Shown here: positions 25,374 through 35,094 of the stretch, in pieces
How positions within the stretch are numbered: the first letter of the stretch is position 1
How the letters are laid out: each line of letters starts with the position of its first letter
Assembly (NCBI GenBank): GCA_009786195.1
Contig: WQTP01000043.1
Coordinates: 24,503 to 88,502, forward strand
Origin: Candidatus Saccharimonadota bacterium
GTDB lineage: Bacteria; Patescibacteriota; Saccharimonadia; Saccharimonadales; Saccharimonadaceae
Direction of reading: 5' to 3'
Length of the DNA: 64,000 bases
The notes under the pieces: generated by a model
What the model was told of the DNA's origin: nothing
The model's input: only the letters and a program-made list of their open reading frames with translations
Database searches by the model: none
Program-made: the position numbers and the translations under genes

Positions 25374-26212
25374 AAACTCCTTAAACTTCCGACGGATGGT
25401 GAAGTTGGACTACCGAAATCATAATATGGATCAGCTGGAACAATCGATCGGGCAGCTACTGAGCTAGATCCGCTATCGATACAAATTGCTCCACCCTTAA
25501 ATCCAACTTGAACGTTTTTAATCATAATCGCTAATGGTTGATTAACTTTAGCAGTGGTCAGATTAAGAATCCCAGTACCACTAACTGGATTGGATGAAGC
25601 GAACGAGAAAATTAACACTGCACCGCTGATTGGACTGTGTAAAATAGCTAGTCCACTTGACTTGATAGGACTATCAATATCAGAAGTTGGAATCGTCCAA
25701 CTGGTAGCAAATTCACCACCCCACGCTAGTTGGATGTTTTTTGGTATGATTGCGGGATCACTTGTTTTAACCTCGTAAAGACTGGAACTATCACCAATAA
25801 CTGCTAATTCCATGCTGCGAAGTGCAGATTCATCACCCATATTAAAATACCGATTATCCGTATCCTCCACCAAAACTATATAACTAATTTTGATATTTTG
25901 ACTATTTGGTACAAATTCAATTAATTTACCAATCGCTAAACATTTACTGTTGCCAGTCACATTTACGCCCGGATCAATCGTTCCATCGATGGGACATTTA
26001 ACAACACCGTTAGTGCCCACCCGTTCGTTAATGTTAGTCCTAACTTCCTCATATTCAGCTTGAATCGTATTGCGTAATGTCGTCATCGTATCTTGGAATC
26101 GTTGTCGCGAGACCATTGTCCAAAGTCCAACAGTTAACAATATCAACGAGGCAGAAATAGCCAGGAATAATGCCACCTCAATAATCGTGAACCCCCGTTC
26201 TTTCATGCTCAC
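25361..26212 (-). CDS. Minor type IV pilin (prepilin-type N-terminal domain)
   Basis: MSMKERG|FTIIEVALFLAISASLILLTV. Confidence 0.8.
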   Translation of the reverse strand: MSMKERGFTIIEVALFLAISASLILLTVGLWTMVSRQRFQDTMTTLRNTIQAEYEEVRTNINERVGTNGVVKCPIDGTIDPGVNVTGNSKCLAIGKLIEFVPNSQNIKISYIVLVEDTDNRYFNMGDESALRSMELAVIGDSSSLYEVKTSDPAIIPKNIQLAWGGEFATSWTIPTSDIDSPIKSSGLAILHSPISGAVLIFSFASSNPVSGTGILNLTTAKVNQPLAIMIKNVQVGFKGGAICIDSGSSSVAARSIVPADPYYDFGSPTSPSVGSLRSLCGI

Positions 26213-26232
26213 ATTATATCATAAGCATAATA

Positions 26233-27057
26233 TCAGTACAAGAAATACTTTTCCACTAAATTAGTTAAGTTCGGCAAAAACAAAAAGATCAAAAAGGTCG
26301 CTAGGATGAGAAACGGTCCAAATGGAATTTTACTGTTTATGGTTAATTTTCGCTTGATAAGTAACGGTAGCATCGCTAATGTGCCGATTAGATTAGCGCC
26401 AGCCAAAACCAAAACTGCCCCTAGCCAATTGACTAACAGTCCAACTACTAGGCCGAACTTAACATCACCAAAACCAATCCATTTACCACGTGATATCAGA
26501 TATAATAAACCGTAAATACCTGCTACTGGCAACATCGCCAGACCGATCTGAGTCAAAAAATCAATCAACTCCAACTGTTCGATAAAGATGTTGCTAAAAA
26601 CGCTCAGTACTGTTGCCACGCCAACTAGCGGCCAGAGTAGTTTATTCGGTAATAATCGCCAACGTGCATCATAAACGAACAGTGCTGACATCAGCACCAC
26701 AATCACCAACCAAATACCGAACAGCGCGAGTTGTCCCCAGTCCAGATTATGACCAACTATAATTTCACCCAATGGCCAAAACAAATAAGAACTAACAAAC
26801 GCCGCCGCTACACTGATTTCGAGAATTAACGTTAACCAACCAATTGGTTTTCGACAGTAACGACATTTACCGCGCAACATTAACCATGACAAAATTGGTA
26901 TTAAATCACATACCGCTAGTTGATGTTTGCAGTGTTCACAAATACTTCGACTTTTTACCCAATCCATTTTCCGATGCATTCGCCAGGTTAGCGCACCAAC
27001 AAATGAACCGCACGCTGCACCAATTAGAGCCGCAAAAATTGCTATGGCTGCTGCCAT
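26233..27057 (-). CDS. pilD: Prepilin peptidase (A24 family)
   Basis: The N-terminal zinc-binding CEHC...CRYC, the catalytic Asp context GFGDVKF and a multi-TM architecture are present. The ATG directly abuts the pgi stop (TAAATG). Confidence 0.88.
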   Translation of the reverse strand: MAAAIAIFAALIGAACGSFVGALTWRMHRKMDWVKSRSICEHCKHQLAVCDLIPILSWLMLRGKCRYCRKPIGWLTLILEISVAAAFVSSYLFWPLGEIIVGHNLDWGQLALFGIWLVIVVLMSALFVYDARWRLLPNKLLWPLVGVATVLSVFSNIFIEQLELIDFLTQIGLAMLPVAGIYGLLYLISRGKWIGFGDVKFGLVVGLLVNWLGAVLVLAGANLIGTLAMLPLLIKRKLTINSKIPFGPFLILATFLIFLFLPNLTNLVEKYFLY

Positions 27058-28314
27058 TTAATTCCTTTGACCAAGCAGGCGGGACATATGATTTTTATAA
27101 GTTTCGACGCCAGGTTGATTAAATGGATTTACCCCCATAGTGTAAGCTGACAGAGCAATAGACATTTCCATAAAGTAAATAAAACAACCAATTTCATAGG
27201 CGTTTAGTTTGGGAATATCAATTAACATCACTGGGATGTCGTCTTCACCGTGCGCTAGTACTGTGGCTTCGTAGGCCTGTTGATTAATGAAGGATAGTGT
27301 TTTACCAGTCAAATAATCCAATTTATCTTCGTTGTTAGCGCCATCTTTGGGAATAATAATTTCAATTGGTGTTTCTTGAATGTTAACAAAAGTTTCAAAA
27401 AATTGGCGCTTGCCGTCCTGACAATACTGCCCCAGGGAATGAAGATCGGTCGTACAGATCATCGGATAAGGAAGAATACCCTGTCGGTTTTTACCTTCAC
27501 TCTCGCCAAATAATTGTTTCCACCACTCAGCTACACCGGAAAAACTCGGTTCAAAACAAGTTAAAATTTCGACACCCAAACCTTTGTTGTATAAAATATT
27601 ACGAATCGCAGCATAATCCATCGCGTCGGCTATCGATCGACCTTTAGCTTCTTTAGCACCATCCATAAGAGCGTTAATATCGACGCCAGCCACCGCAATT
27701 GGTAATAATCCAACAGCCGTTAGGACTGAATAACGACCAGCAATGTTATCTGGTACGACAAATCTTTCATAACCTTCCTTGACTGCAAAATCGTGAAGAG
27801 TTCCATCACTAGCGTCGGTTGTTACATAAATTCGACGATTAGCAATTGCTCCGTAACGTTCAATTAACTTTTCTCGTAAAATACGAAAAGCTAAAGCTGG
27901 TTCAAGTGTAGTACCAGATTTGGAAATAACATTAATTGACCAATTCTTACCTTCGAGTTTTTTGAGCACTTTACTTAGTCCAACTGATCCAAGACTGTCA
28001 CCAGCGAACAAAACATCAACTGAACGATCATCGCCAAGTAATTTAATCACCGCCCGAGCCCCCAAAAATGAGCCGCCGATGCCGACAACTACTAGAATAT
28101 CGCTATTTTCCCGAATTCGAGCAGCAGCTGCTTTGATTCGAGCGAATTCATCATGATCGTAATTTTCCGGTAAATCGCGCCAGCCGAGGAATTCGCTACC
28201 CTCACCCGTCCCATTCATAATTTTATCGCGGGCCGCTTCAACTTGCGGTCGGATGGTTTCCATTTCTTTGTCGCTAATGGACGATTTGGTGTATTGGCTA
28301 TCAAACTTAATCAT
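27058..28314 (-). CDS. pgi: Glucose-6-phosphate isomerase (short bacterial/archaeal-type)
   Basis: VVVGIGGSFLGARA and ISKSGTTLEP are SIS-domain motifs. 418 aa. Confidence 0.88.
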   Translation of the reverse strand: MIKFDSQYTKSSISDKEMETIRPQVEAARDKIMNGTGEGSEFLGWRDLPENYDHDEFARIKAAAARIRENSDILVVVGIGGSFLGARAVIKLLGDDRSVDVLFAGDSLGSVGLSKVLKKLEGKNWSINVISKSGTTLEPALAFRILREKLIERYGAIANRRIYVTTDASDGTLHDFAVKEGYERFVVPDNIAGRYSVLTAVGLLPIAVAGVDINALMDGAKEAKGRSIADAMDYAAIRNILYNKGLGVEILTCFEPSFSGVAEWWKQLFGESEGKNRQGILPYPMICTTDLHSLGQYCQDGKRQFFETFVNIQETPIEIIIPKDGANNEDKLDYLTGKTLSFINQQAYEATVLAHGEDDIPVMLIDIPKLNAYEIGCFIYFMEMSIALSAYTMGVNPFNQPGVETYKNHMSRLLGQRN

Positions 28315-28344
28315 AATGAAAACAGTATATCACACTTCTTTTTA

Positions 28345-28378
28345 GCAAAAAACCCGCTTCCACCAGGGAGCGGGTTTT
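28345..28378 (-). terminator. Strong rho-independent terminator after pilA
   Basis: On the minus strand, AAAACCCGCT-CCCTGGTGGA-AGCGGGTTTTTT follows the pilin stop. Confidence 0.8.
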
Positions 28379-28396
28379 GAACTAACTTTGATCGTT

Positions 28397-28948
28397 TTAG
28401 TTAGCAGTTTGGCAGTAATATTTACCTGCACCACCATTTTCAACTTGGACAACAACCGCAGCTGAGCGCGTTGCACCAGCTTTCAATTTTGTATGACCAT
28501 CACACGTTGCACCAGTGTAAACAATAATCGCATTGATGCTTGGATTAGTTGAAGTCGCAGTACCGGCAGCCGTTGTGGCGGCTGTGGCGGTGAATGTGTA
28601 CGGATAAGTAACGACCAACCCAGTGCCACTACCAGCTACGACGTTGATAAAGTCCACATTACCCGACACGGGGTCTAAGTACGCACCGAGATCAGTAGTA
28701 GCAACGGCAGTACCGTTGTACACGTTACCAGTACCAGGTATAGCATTCTTGTTGGCAATTGCGTTAACCACAGCTTGCACGGTGTCAGCAACATCGCGCT
28801 TGCGAGCGTCATCACGTTGATTCCTCTGCAACGCCGGGACCGCCAAGAACACAACCAGGAAGATTAATGCGGCGACCGCTAGCACTAATGCGACCTCAAT
28901 GATCGTAAAGCCCTTTGTTGCCTTTTTCTGCCTTCTAACTTTTGTCAT
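28397..28948 (-). CDS. pilA: Major type IV pilin
   Basis: The 13-aa basic leader MTKVRRQKKATKG| precedes FTIIEVALVLAVAALIFLVVFLAV. A C-terminal Cys...Cys D-region (TCDG...YYCQ) is present. The gene has its own upstream region and terminator. The ORF track start 28960 is a TTG; I prefer ATG 28948. Confidence 0.88.
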   Translation of the reverse strand: MTKVRRQKKATKGFTIIEVALVLAVAALIFLVVFLAVPALQRNQRDDARKRDVADTVQAVVNAIANKNAIPGTGNVYNGTAVATTDLGAYLDPVSGNVDFINVVAGSGTGLVVTYPYTFTATAATTAAGTATSTNPSINAIIVYTGATCDGHTKLKAGATRSAAVVVQVENGGAGKYYCQTAN

Positions 28949-29054
28949 ATCGTTACCCAACCCTTTCTTGATTAGTTGTTATAATTGACTAAGTTATTGT
29001 AACGCAGATAATAAAAAAACACAAGCACTTCCTACCGTAGTTTTCCACAGCCTA

Positions 29055-30251
29055 TTAACCAGACAAACTATAGATCGGCATCAGTACGGCAATCACAATA
29101 AAACCAATCATTGCTGCCATCACCACCATCAGAATTGGTTCGATGGTGGTCGAAATCGCTCGAATAGCATTATCGACTTCTTTTTCATAATAATCCGCAA
29201 CTTTACCGAGCATCGCATCGATACCACCAGATTGTTCGCCAATCTTAACCATTTGAGATACGAACGGCATAATGTATTCTTCGCCAGATAGCGCTTCGCT
29301 GAGCGCTTTACCGTTTTTGACTTTTTGGGCTGCTCGAAGAACTTCTTCTTTAACAACTGCATTATTGACTGCATCAGCACAAATCCTCAGAGCTTCGAGG
29401 AGTGATACACCCGACGATAATAGTGTTTCAGCAGTTCGTGATAATCGCGCCATGTAAAGTTTACGAAATAGCGGTGAAAATAGCGGCATGTTCAGTTTGA
29501 CAGTGTCCCAAGCTTTGCGACCACTCTCAGTATCAATCCAGCGTCTGAGTAGAATTACCGCACCAATTAGCATGGCGACCACAACATACCAATAATTAAT
29601 CACGAAATTAGCAATACCCACTAGAATCTGAGTGGTGAGTGGTAGTTCTTTATTCATATCGCGGTAGAGACTCTCAACCTGCGGCACTAGAGCAATTAAC
29701 ATAAAACCAACCACCGCGACGATAACCGCTAGAACAATCGCTGGGTAAACCATCGCACCTTTGATTTTGCTCAGCATATCAGCATCGTGTTCTTGTTGAT
29801 TTGCCAAACGTTCTAGTGATTTATCAAGCGTACCAGAAGTTTCACCAGCCCGCACTAGAGCAATGAAAACTTGGTTGAAAACTTTGGGATATTTAGCAAA
29901 ACTATCCGCTAATGATCGACCACCGTTGACATCTGCTAGTACTCCACCAACCATACCCTTCAAGGTTTTGTTGGCAGTTTGTTCTTCGACCGTCGAAAGT
30001 GATTGCGCCAGTGGTAGACCCGCATTGATCATCGTCGCCAGCTGACGCGAGAAAATAACTCGATCCTTGGATGAAACTCGCGAACCAAATGATTTTAGCA
30101 CACCAGCGTTGCTAGTGACGGTAATCTTGATCGGTACGATATGTTGTGTCATCAAAAGTTTCGCCGCTGCACCTTCAGAATCAGCCTGGATAGTACTTTT
30201 AATGATTTTATTCGTAGCAGTATCGCGAGCAGTATAGTTAAAGTTCAACAT
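29055..30251 (-). CDS. pilC: Type IV pilus platform protein (GspF/PilC family)
   Basis: It is 398 aa with two T2SSF repeats and three TM segments. Confidence 0.88.
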   Translation of the reverse strand: MLNFNYTARDTATNKIIKSTIQADSEGAAAKLLMTQHIVPIKITVTSNAGVLKSFGSRVSSKDRVIFSRQLATMINAGLPLAQSLSTVEEQTANKTLKGMVGGVLADVNGGRSLADSFAKYPKVFNQVFIALVRAGETSGTLDKSLERLANQQEHDADMLSKIKGAMVYPAIVLAVIVAVVGFMLIALVPQVESLYRDMNKELPLTTQILVGIANFVINYWYVVVAMLIGAVILLRRWIDTESGRKAWDTVKLNMPLFSPLFRKLYMARLSRTAETLLSSGVSLLEALRICADAVNNAVVKEEVLRAAQKVKNGKALSEALSGEEYIMPFVSQMVKIGEQSGGIDAMLGKVADYYEKEVDNAIRAISTTIEPILMVVMAAMIGFIVIAVLMPIYSLSG

Positions 30252-30254
30252 AAC

Positions 30255-31319
30255 TTAACCCCTCATGATCCTTTCGAATTCTGCTAGATCAACTGCGAAG
30301 TTTTTCGCTTCATCATAAGTAATTTGTCCCGATTGCACCATCTGAGCTAACGTGCGATCCATTGATTGCATACCCTCTTGAGCACTAGTTTGGATAACCG
30401 AATCAAGTTGATGCGTTTTTCCTTCACGAATAATATTACGTACCGCTGAATTAGCAATTAAAATTTCTGCAGCAGCAAGGCGCCCACCACCGATCGCTGG
30501 TATCAAGCGCTGCGAACAGATTGCCTGGAGAATATTAGCTAACTGAGCTTTGATCTGCGGTTGTTGATGCGGCGGGAAAACGTTAACCATGCGATCGATT
30601 GATTGAGATGCTGAGTTAGTGTGCAGAGTTGCGAAAACTAAGTGTCCCGTTTCCGCAATAGTAATCGCTGCTGAAATTGTTTCGAGATCACGCATTTCAC
30701 CGATCAGCACAACATCTGGATCTTCGCGCAACGCTGAACGAAGAGCGGCGTTAAACGAATAAGTATCATAGTGAACTTCACGCTGAACAATGACGCTTTT
30801 TCGCGATTTGTGGGTAAATTCAATCGGATCCTCAATAGTTATGATGTGTACCGCTTTTTCTGAATTAATTTTATCGACCAAAGCCGCTAAGGTGGTTGAT
30901 TTACCCGAACCAGTCGGTCCAGTCACTAATACTAAACCGCGCGGGTAATCAGCAAACTTTTCAACAACAGCCGGCAGCCCTAGTTCGACAACTGATGGCA
31001 TATCATTTGGGATTAAACGCAAAGCTGCCGCTAAGTTGCCACGTTCGTGAAAAGCGTTAACCCGAAATCGACCCAAATCACCAAAAGCGAAAGAAAAATC
31101 GAACTCTTTATCTTTGATTAAAATTTGTTGTTGATCCTGATCAAGAATAGAAAAAACCAATTTTTCGACCGTTTCGGCCGTTAAAACAGCGGTATTAGCG
31201 ATTGGACCAAGTGCACCATCGACTCGGAGCATTGGCGACAAACCAACCTGCAAGTGCAAGTCACTAGCACGTTGATTAATGACCTCTTGTAGTAATACCT
31301 CGATGCGTACGTTATCCAT
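30255..31319 (-). CDS. pilT: Type IV pilus retraction ATPase
   Basis: It is 354 aa with Walker A GPTGSGKSTT and the PilT signature ...SAVRNIIREGKTHQL. Confidence 0.9.
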   Translation of the reverse strand: MDNVRIEVLLQEVINQRASDLHLQVGLSPMLRVDGALGPIANTAVLTAETVEKLVFSILDQDQQQILIKDKEFDFSFAFGDLGRFRVNAFHERGNLAAALRLIPNDMPSVVELGLPAVVEKFADYPRGLVLVTGPTGSGKSTTLAALVDKINSEKAVHIITIEDPIEFTHKSRKSVIVQREVHYDTYSFNAALRSALREDPDVVLIGEMRDLETISAAITIAETGHLVFATLHTNSASQSIDRMVNVFPPHQQPQIKAQLANILQAICSQRLIPAIGGGRLAAAEILIANSAVRNIIREGKTHQLDSVIQTSAQEGMQSMDRTLAQMVQSGQITYDEAKNFAVDLAEFERIMRG

Positions 31320-31344
31320 TGTCCCTCCCTTTTCCTAGATAAAA

Positions 31345-31353
31345 TTTTATCAT
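31345..31353 (-). promoter_or_regulatory. Extended -10 (TGATAAAAT) internal promoter upstream of pilT
   Basis: It lies in the 54-nt pilB-pilT spacer, followed by the SD AAGGGAGGG. Confidence 0.5.
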
Positions 31354-31373
31354 AAGCGTTACCTTCTTGCAAC

Positions 31374-33158
31374 CTATGCCATATTGGACGCCACCCGATT
31401 AACTTCTTCGAGCGTAGTCATGCTATTTAAAGCCTTCAAATAACCATCAACATGCATTGGGATCATACCCTGAGCGATAGCTAAACGTTGAATCTGACTC
31501 GATGTAGCATGTTTGATAATCAATTGTTGGATTTCCTCAGTAATATTCATCACTTCGTAAAGTCCGAGCCGACCTTTATACCCACCTGGAGCTTGCGGTG
31601 ATTCCTTACCCCTAACCAGAGTAAAAGATGGAGCATCGACCAGCGGTAAACTATCATAACCGAGATCTTCAGACGCACTGGCCACTTCGGCCTCAGTTTT
31701 CGGCAATAGATAACCAACCACATCCCTGATTGAGGTACTTTCTACTTCGTTACTCTGATAAACTTCACGTTCAGCTGCCACGCGTCTAACCAAGCGCTGA
31801 CCGATAACTGTGTTAACTGTCGACGCGATCAAAAATGGTTCGATACCCATATCGATCAAACGTGGTAAAATACCAGCCGCTGAATTAGTGTGGAGTGTTG
31901 AGAAAACTAAGTGCCCGGTCAACGCCGCTTGCACCGCTAGATTAGCGGTTTCACCATCGCGAATTTCTCCAACTAGCACAACATCTGGATCTTGACGGAG
32001 AATTGACCGCAGACCACTGGCAAAAGTTAGGCCGACCGCAGTATTAACCTGAATCTGGTTAACACCATCCATCTTGTACTCAACCGGATCTTCTAGTGTG
32101 ACGATATTGATCTCATCGCTGAAAATTTCTTGAACTAACGCGTAAAGTGAAGTTGATTTACCCGAACCAGTCGGTCCAGAAGTTAACACCATACCATTAG
32201 GTTTTTTGACACCCTGACGAATTGTTCTGAGCGCCCGGCCGGCATAACCCATTTCCTCTAATTTGAAGGATGAACCAGATTTATCTAATAGACGGATAAC
32301 TACTTGTTCACCCCAAACAACTGGTGAAATAGCGATACGTAGGTCAACTTCTTTGTCACCAACCATAACTGTAAATTGACCATCTTGCGGTTTACGATGT
32401 TCGTCAATTTTGAGATTTGACAGAATTTTAATGCGTGAAATCAACGCTGGTTCGGTTGATTTTGGTAGCGACATAACTTCTCGCAGCACACCATCAATTC
32501 GACAACGAATTTTTAAACGATCCTCGAGAGGTTCGATGTGAATATCCGAAGCTCGCGCTCGCTGAGCGTACTCGAGCAACTGGGTGAGAATTTTGCTAAT
32601 TGGTGAATCCTGAATAAGTACTTTAACATCAGTACTCGATCCCTCTTCACCACCAGTTTTAGCGTTTTCTTCACCACTAGTTAGTTCGTCGACTCGGCTA
32701 ACATCCAGGTGATATTGTCCCAGCACATTATTAATACCAGCTTCCGAAGCAACATAAATTTTAATCGGACGACCAACAGCATTGGACAAGAAATCAGTAG
32801 CTTGGACATTACTAGCATCCAGTACTGCTACAGCCAAGCGCTTAGTACCGCTATCGTTGGTCTCACCCAAAGGAACTGCCATGAAGCGTTGGGCTACGTC
32901 AACTGGCAGTAGCGATAGCACTTTGTTATCAATGATTGCTTTAGACAGATTAACATACGGCGTCCCCGACGTATGAGCGATAGCTTCAGTTAGTTGCTCT
33001 TCGCTGACCGCTCCAGTTTTTGTCATATAGGCGAATAACGGCTCGCCGGCCTTTTTGGCTTCTTCATCCAAAGCGTTAAGTTGATCTAACTGAATAACCC
33101 CCAGCTCAATCAGGCGTTCCTCAATCTTTTTTTGGGTTTCCTCGGTCAGGACGGCCAT
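31374..33158 (-). CDS. pilB: Type IV pilus assembly ATPase (GspE/PilB family)
   Basis: It is 594 aa with an N-terminal GSPII_E_N domain, Walker A GPTGSGKST and Asp/His boxes. Confidence 0.9.
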   Translation of the reverse strand: MAVLTEETQKKIEERLIELGVIQLDQLNALDEEAKKAGEPLFAYMTKTGAVSEEQLTEAIAHTSGTPYVNLSKAIIDNKVLSLLPVDVAQRFMAVPLGETNDSGTKRLAVAVLDASNVQATDFLSNAVGRPIKIYVASEAGINNVLGQYHLDVSRVDELTSGEENAKTGGEEGSSTDVKVLIQDSPISKILTQLLEYAQRARASDIHIEPLEDRLKIRCRIDGVLREVMSLPKSTEPALISRIKILSNLKIDEHRKPQDGQFTVMVGDKEVDLRIAISPVVWGEQVVIRLLDKSGSSFKLEEMGYAGRALRTIRQGVKKPNGMVLTSGPTGSGKSTSLYALVQEIFSDEINIVTLEDPVEYKMDGVNQIQVNTAVGLTFASGLRSILRQDPDVVLVGEIRDGETANLAVQAALTGHLVFSTLHTNSAAGILPRLIDMGIEPFLIASTVNTVIGQRLVRRVAAEREVYQSNEVESTSIRDVVGYLLPKTEAEVASASEDLGYDSLPLVDAPSFTLVRGKESPQAPGGYKGRLGLYEVMNITEEIQQLIIKHATSSQIQRLAIAQGMIPMHVDGYLKALNSMTTLEEVNRVASNMA

Positions 33159-33161
33159 CGG

Positions 33162-33509
33162 TTACTCCGTAGTCGTAGTGAATGACGAGTTAATCGCACA
33201 TGAGTTAAAAACTGTGTTGATGTATTGTCGATCACCAGTGCTGATAGTTTCACCAGAATTGTTTTCGTCATTTTCATTCGTCATACTATTTTGATTGTTG
33301 TCACCACCAGTCTTTGGACACCAACTTGGTCGATTAGCATCGTAAAGAATAACATTGTTTTCTGGTGTTTGAATATCTGAGGTAATCGATGGCGCTACCC
33401 TAACCTTTTCGTCACTTGGGGGTGGTAAAATACTACCAATAATAAACCAACTAACAACCGCCACCACAACCACGATGATGATAACTAATGCCCAATCAGA
33501 TTTTTTCAC
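33162..33509 (-). CDS. Small single-pass membrane protein in the pilMNO operon (PilP-position protein, unknown fold)
   Basis: It has an N-terminal TM helix, a 4-nt overlap with the upstream gene and an Asn-rich periplasmic part. Confidence 0.45.
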   Translation of the reverse strand: MKKSDWALVIIIVVVVAVVSWFIIGSILPPPSDEKVRVAPSITSDIQTPENNVILYDANRPSWCPKTGGDNNQNSMTNENDENNSGETISTGDRQYINTVFNSCAINSSFTTTTE

Positions 33510-34264
33510 TGCGCTACCTCCTCACCACTAGCAGTTGCGTTCTCATCAACTGGTATAGTTTTCTCACCCCACTGCCAGTTTGCTTTTGGCACGAAGTAAG
33601 TTACTACCATAATCTTGACCGTTCGAGCATTATGTTCATCACTGTCAATTTCCAACGATTGAATGGTGATCGGATGTAAAGAATACTCTATCGACAACAG
33701 AGCTTTACTAATATCCGCGTCTGTGGCATTAATTAATTCAAAACTCACCATCATAGTAACCGCCTGTGGATCAATTGAACCACCAGTGTTAGTAATCCCC
33801 AAATTACTACAATCAACACCCGTCATAGTGGCTATCGCATCTTTGATGCCAGCCCCCAATCCTGAAGGTTTAAAAATCATATTTATAAAAGCATACTCAA
33901 CAGCCATTGAGTCGCATGATGATGGTAAAACATCAAAAACTATCTGCCATTTTTCTAGTTCTGGGTCAACTAATCCTTGAATTGATTTAACGTTAGTATT
34001 AGCGCTCAAAGCTTCGACATTTTCGCGCAGCAATGGGATGTTACTAATGCTGTCCTTCAGACTATTATTAGTCGCGCTCCATTCGGAATTAACTTTTAGT
34101 CGATAAGAAATACGTTGCCAAAAGTTGATTGACAACATCACACAAACAGTGACTATGGCGGCGGCGGCTGCCACGTAAATTATCATCTGTTTGTTAGTGG
34201 TAATGATTTGCTGGCGTTTTCTCACACCAGTTGCTGCGGCAGTGGTTGCTACTTTTTCACTCAT
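33506..34264 (-). CDS. PilO-like pilus alignment protein
   Basis: It is single-TM and coiled-coil-like, sits after pilN and has an ATGA overlap on both sides. The call rests on position and topology only. Confidence 0.5.
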   Translation of the reverse strand: MSEKVATTAAATGVRKRQQIITTNKQMIIYVAAAAAIVTVCVMLSINFWQRISYRLKVNSEWSATNNSLKDSISNIPLLRENVEALSANTNVKSIQGLVDPELEKWQIVFDVLPSSCDSMAVEYAFINMIFKPSGLGAGIKDAIATMTGVDCSNLGITNTGGSIDPQAVTMMVSFELINATDADISKALLSIEYSLHPITIQSLEIDSDEHNARTVKIMVVTYFVPKANWQWGEKTIPVDENATASGEEVAQ

Positions 34265-35094
34265 TGTCCACCCCCTTCGGCCGGTTCTCGGTTCTCTTTG
34301 TTTAGAGTTTCATCATCCAGCAGACTAGGGTCATTTTGACAACCCTCGCCGATTGTACCATAAGTCGCACTCCAAACTTTACAATTGTCAATCTCAACCG
34401 CTTGAATCCGATAATTAGTTTTAAACATAATTGAGTTGAACACCAGGGTGGCCTTGAATGGCCATTTGCCAGTGGTTTCATCCTGAACACCCCCAAGAAA
34501 ATCAAGTGTTGGTATCATTTCGGGAAACAGTTTCTGATCAGATTTAGTTTCACCTTCAATGACCGTACCAGAACCATCAGCTTGGTACTCTGAATATTTG
34601 ACCATAGCATAATAGAGACGGTTTCTCAACATCAAACGAGCCATCACTGTATCAACCTGACCACCCAGTTCAATTTCGATACCGCCAGACGCAGCTCCTG
34701 TTGTTAATATTTTGATAGTTCGCCAATCAGTCCAATGAAGTCCGTTAATCGGCATAGTACGCCCAAAAATAACATCTAAATAATCCATCAATCGAGATAG
34801 TTGTGGTTGATTTTCTTTGATAGTGTTAATCTGATTTAAACTGTTTTGGACTGATAAATAATCAGTTAGCTGATTTTTGACTTTTTCGCGCTCAATAGTT
34901 TCAATGTTTTTATTAACTTCACCGATTAAAATATTTTTTTGAATTACTAATCCACCCATAAAAAGACCCAATAGGACCACTATAGCACCCGCTCCGATAC
35001 TCACAAAAATACAAATCGTCATCACTAAACTACGCATGTGTTTAGCATGAAGTAATTCTTTTTTGACATCTGGCAGTAAATTTAACTGTAGCAT
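34261..35094 (-). CDS. pilN: PilN-like fimbrial assembly protein
   Basis: The N-terminal MLQLNLLPD motif (INLLP signature) is followed by one TM helix. Confidence 0.7.
   Translation of the reverse strand: MLQLNLLPDVKKELLHAKHMRSLVMTICIFVSIGAGAIVVLLGLFMGGLVIQKNILIGEVNKNIETIEREKVKNQLTDYLSVQNSLNQINTIKENQPQLSRLMDYLDVIFGRTMPINGLHWTDWRTIKILTTGAASGGIEIELGGQVDTVMARLMLRNRLYYAMVKYSEYQADGSGTVIEGETKSDQKLFPEMIPTLDFLGGVQDETTGKWPFKATLVFNSIMFKTNYRIQAVEIDNCKVWSATYGTIGEGCQNDPSLLDDETLNKENREPAEGGGQ

Noticed and set aside
29044-29053. TCCACA motif upstream of pilA as a shared regulator site with the arc upstream repeats
   Set aside because: A 6-nt core is expected many times by chance in 64 kb. Only the phased triple repeat at 15131-15160 is statistically notable.
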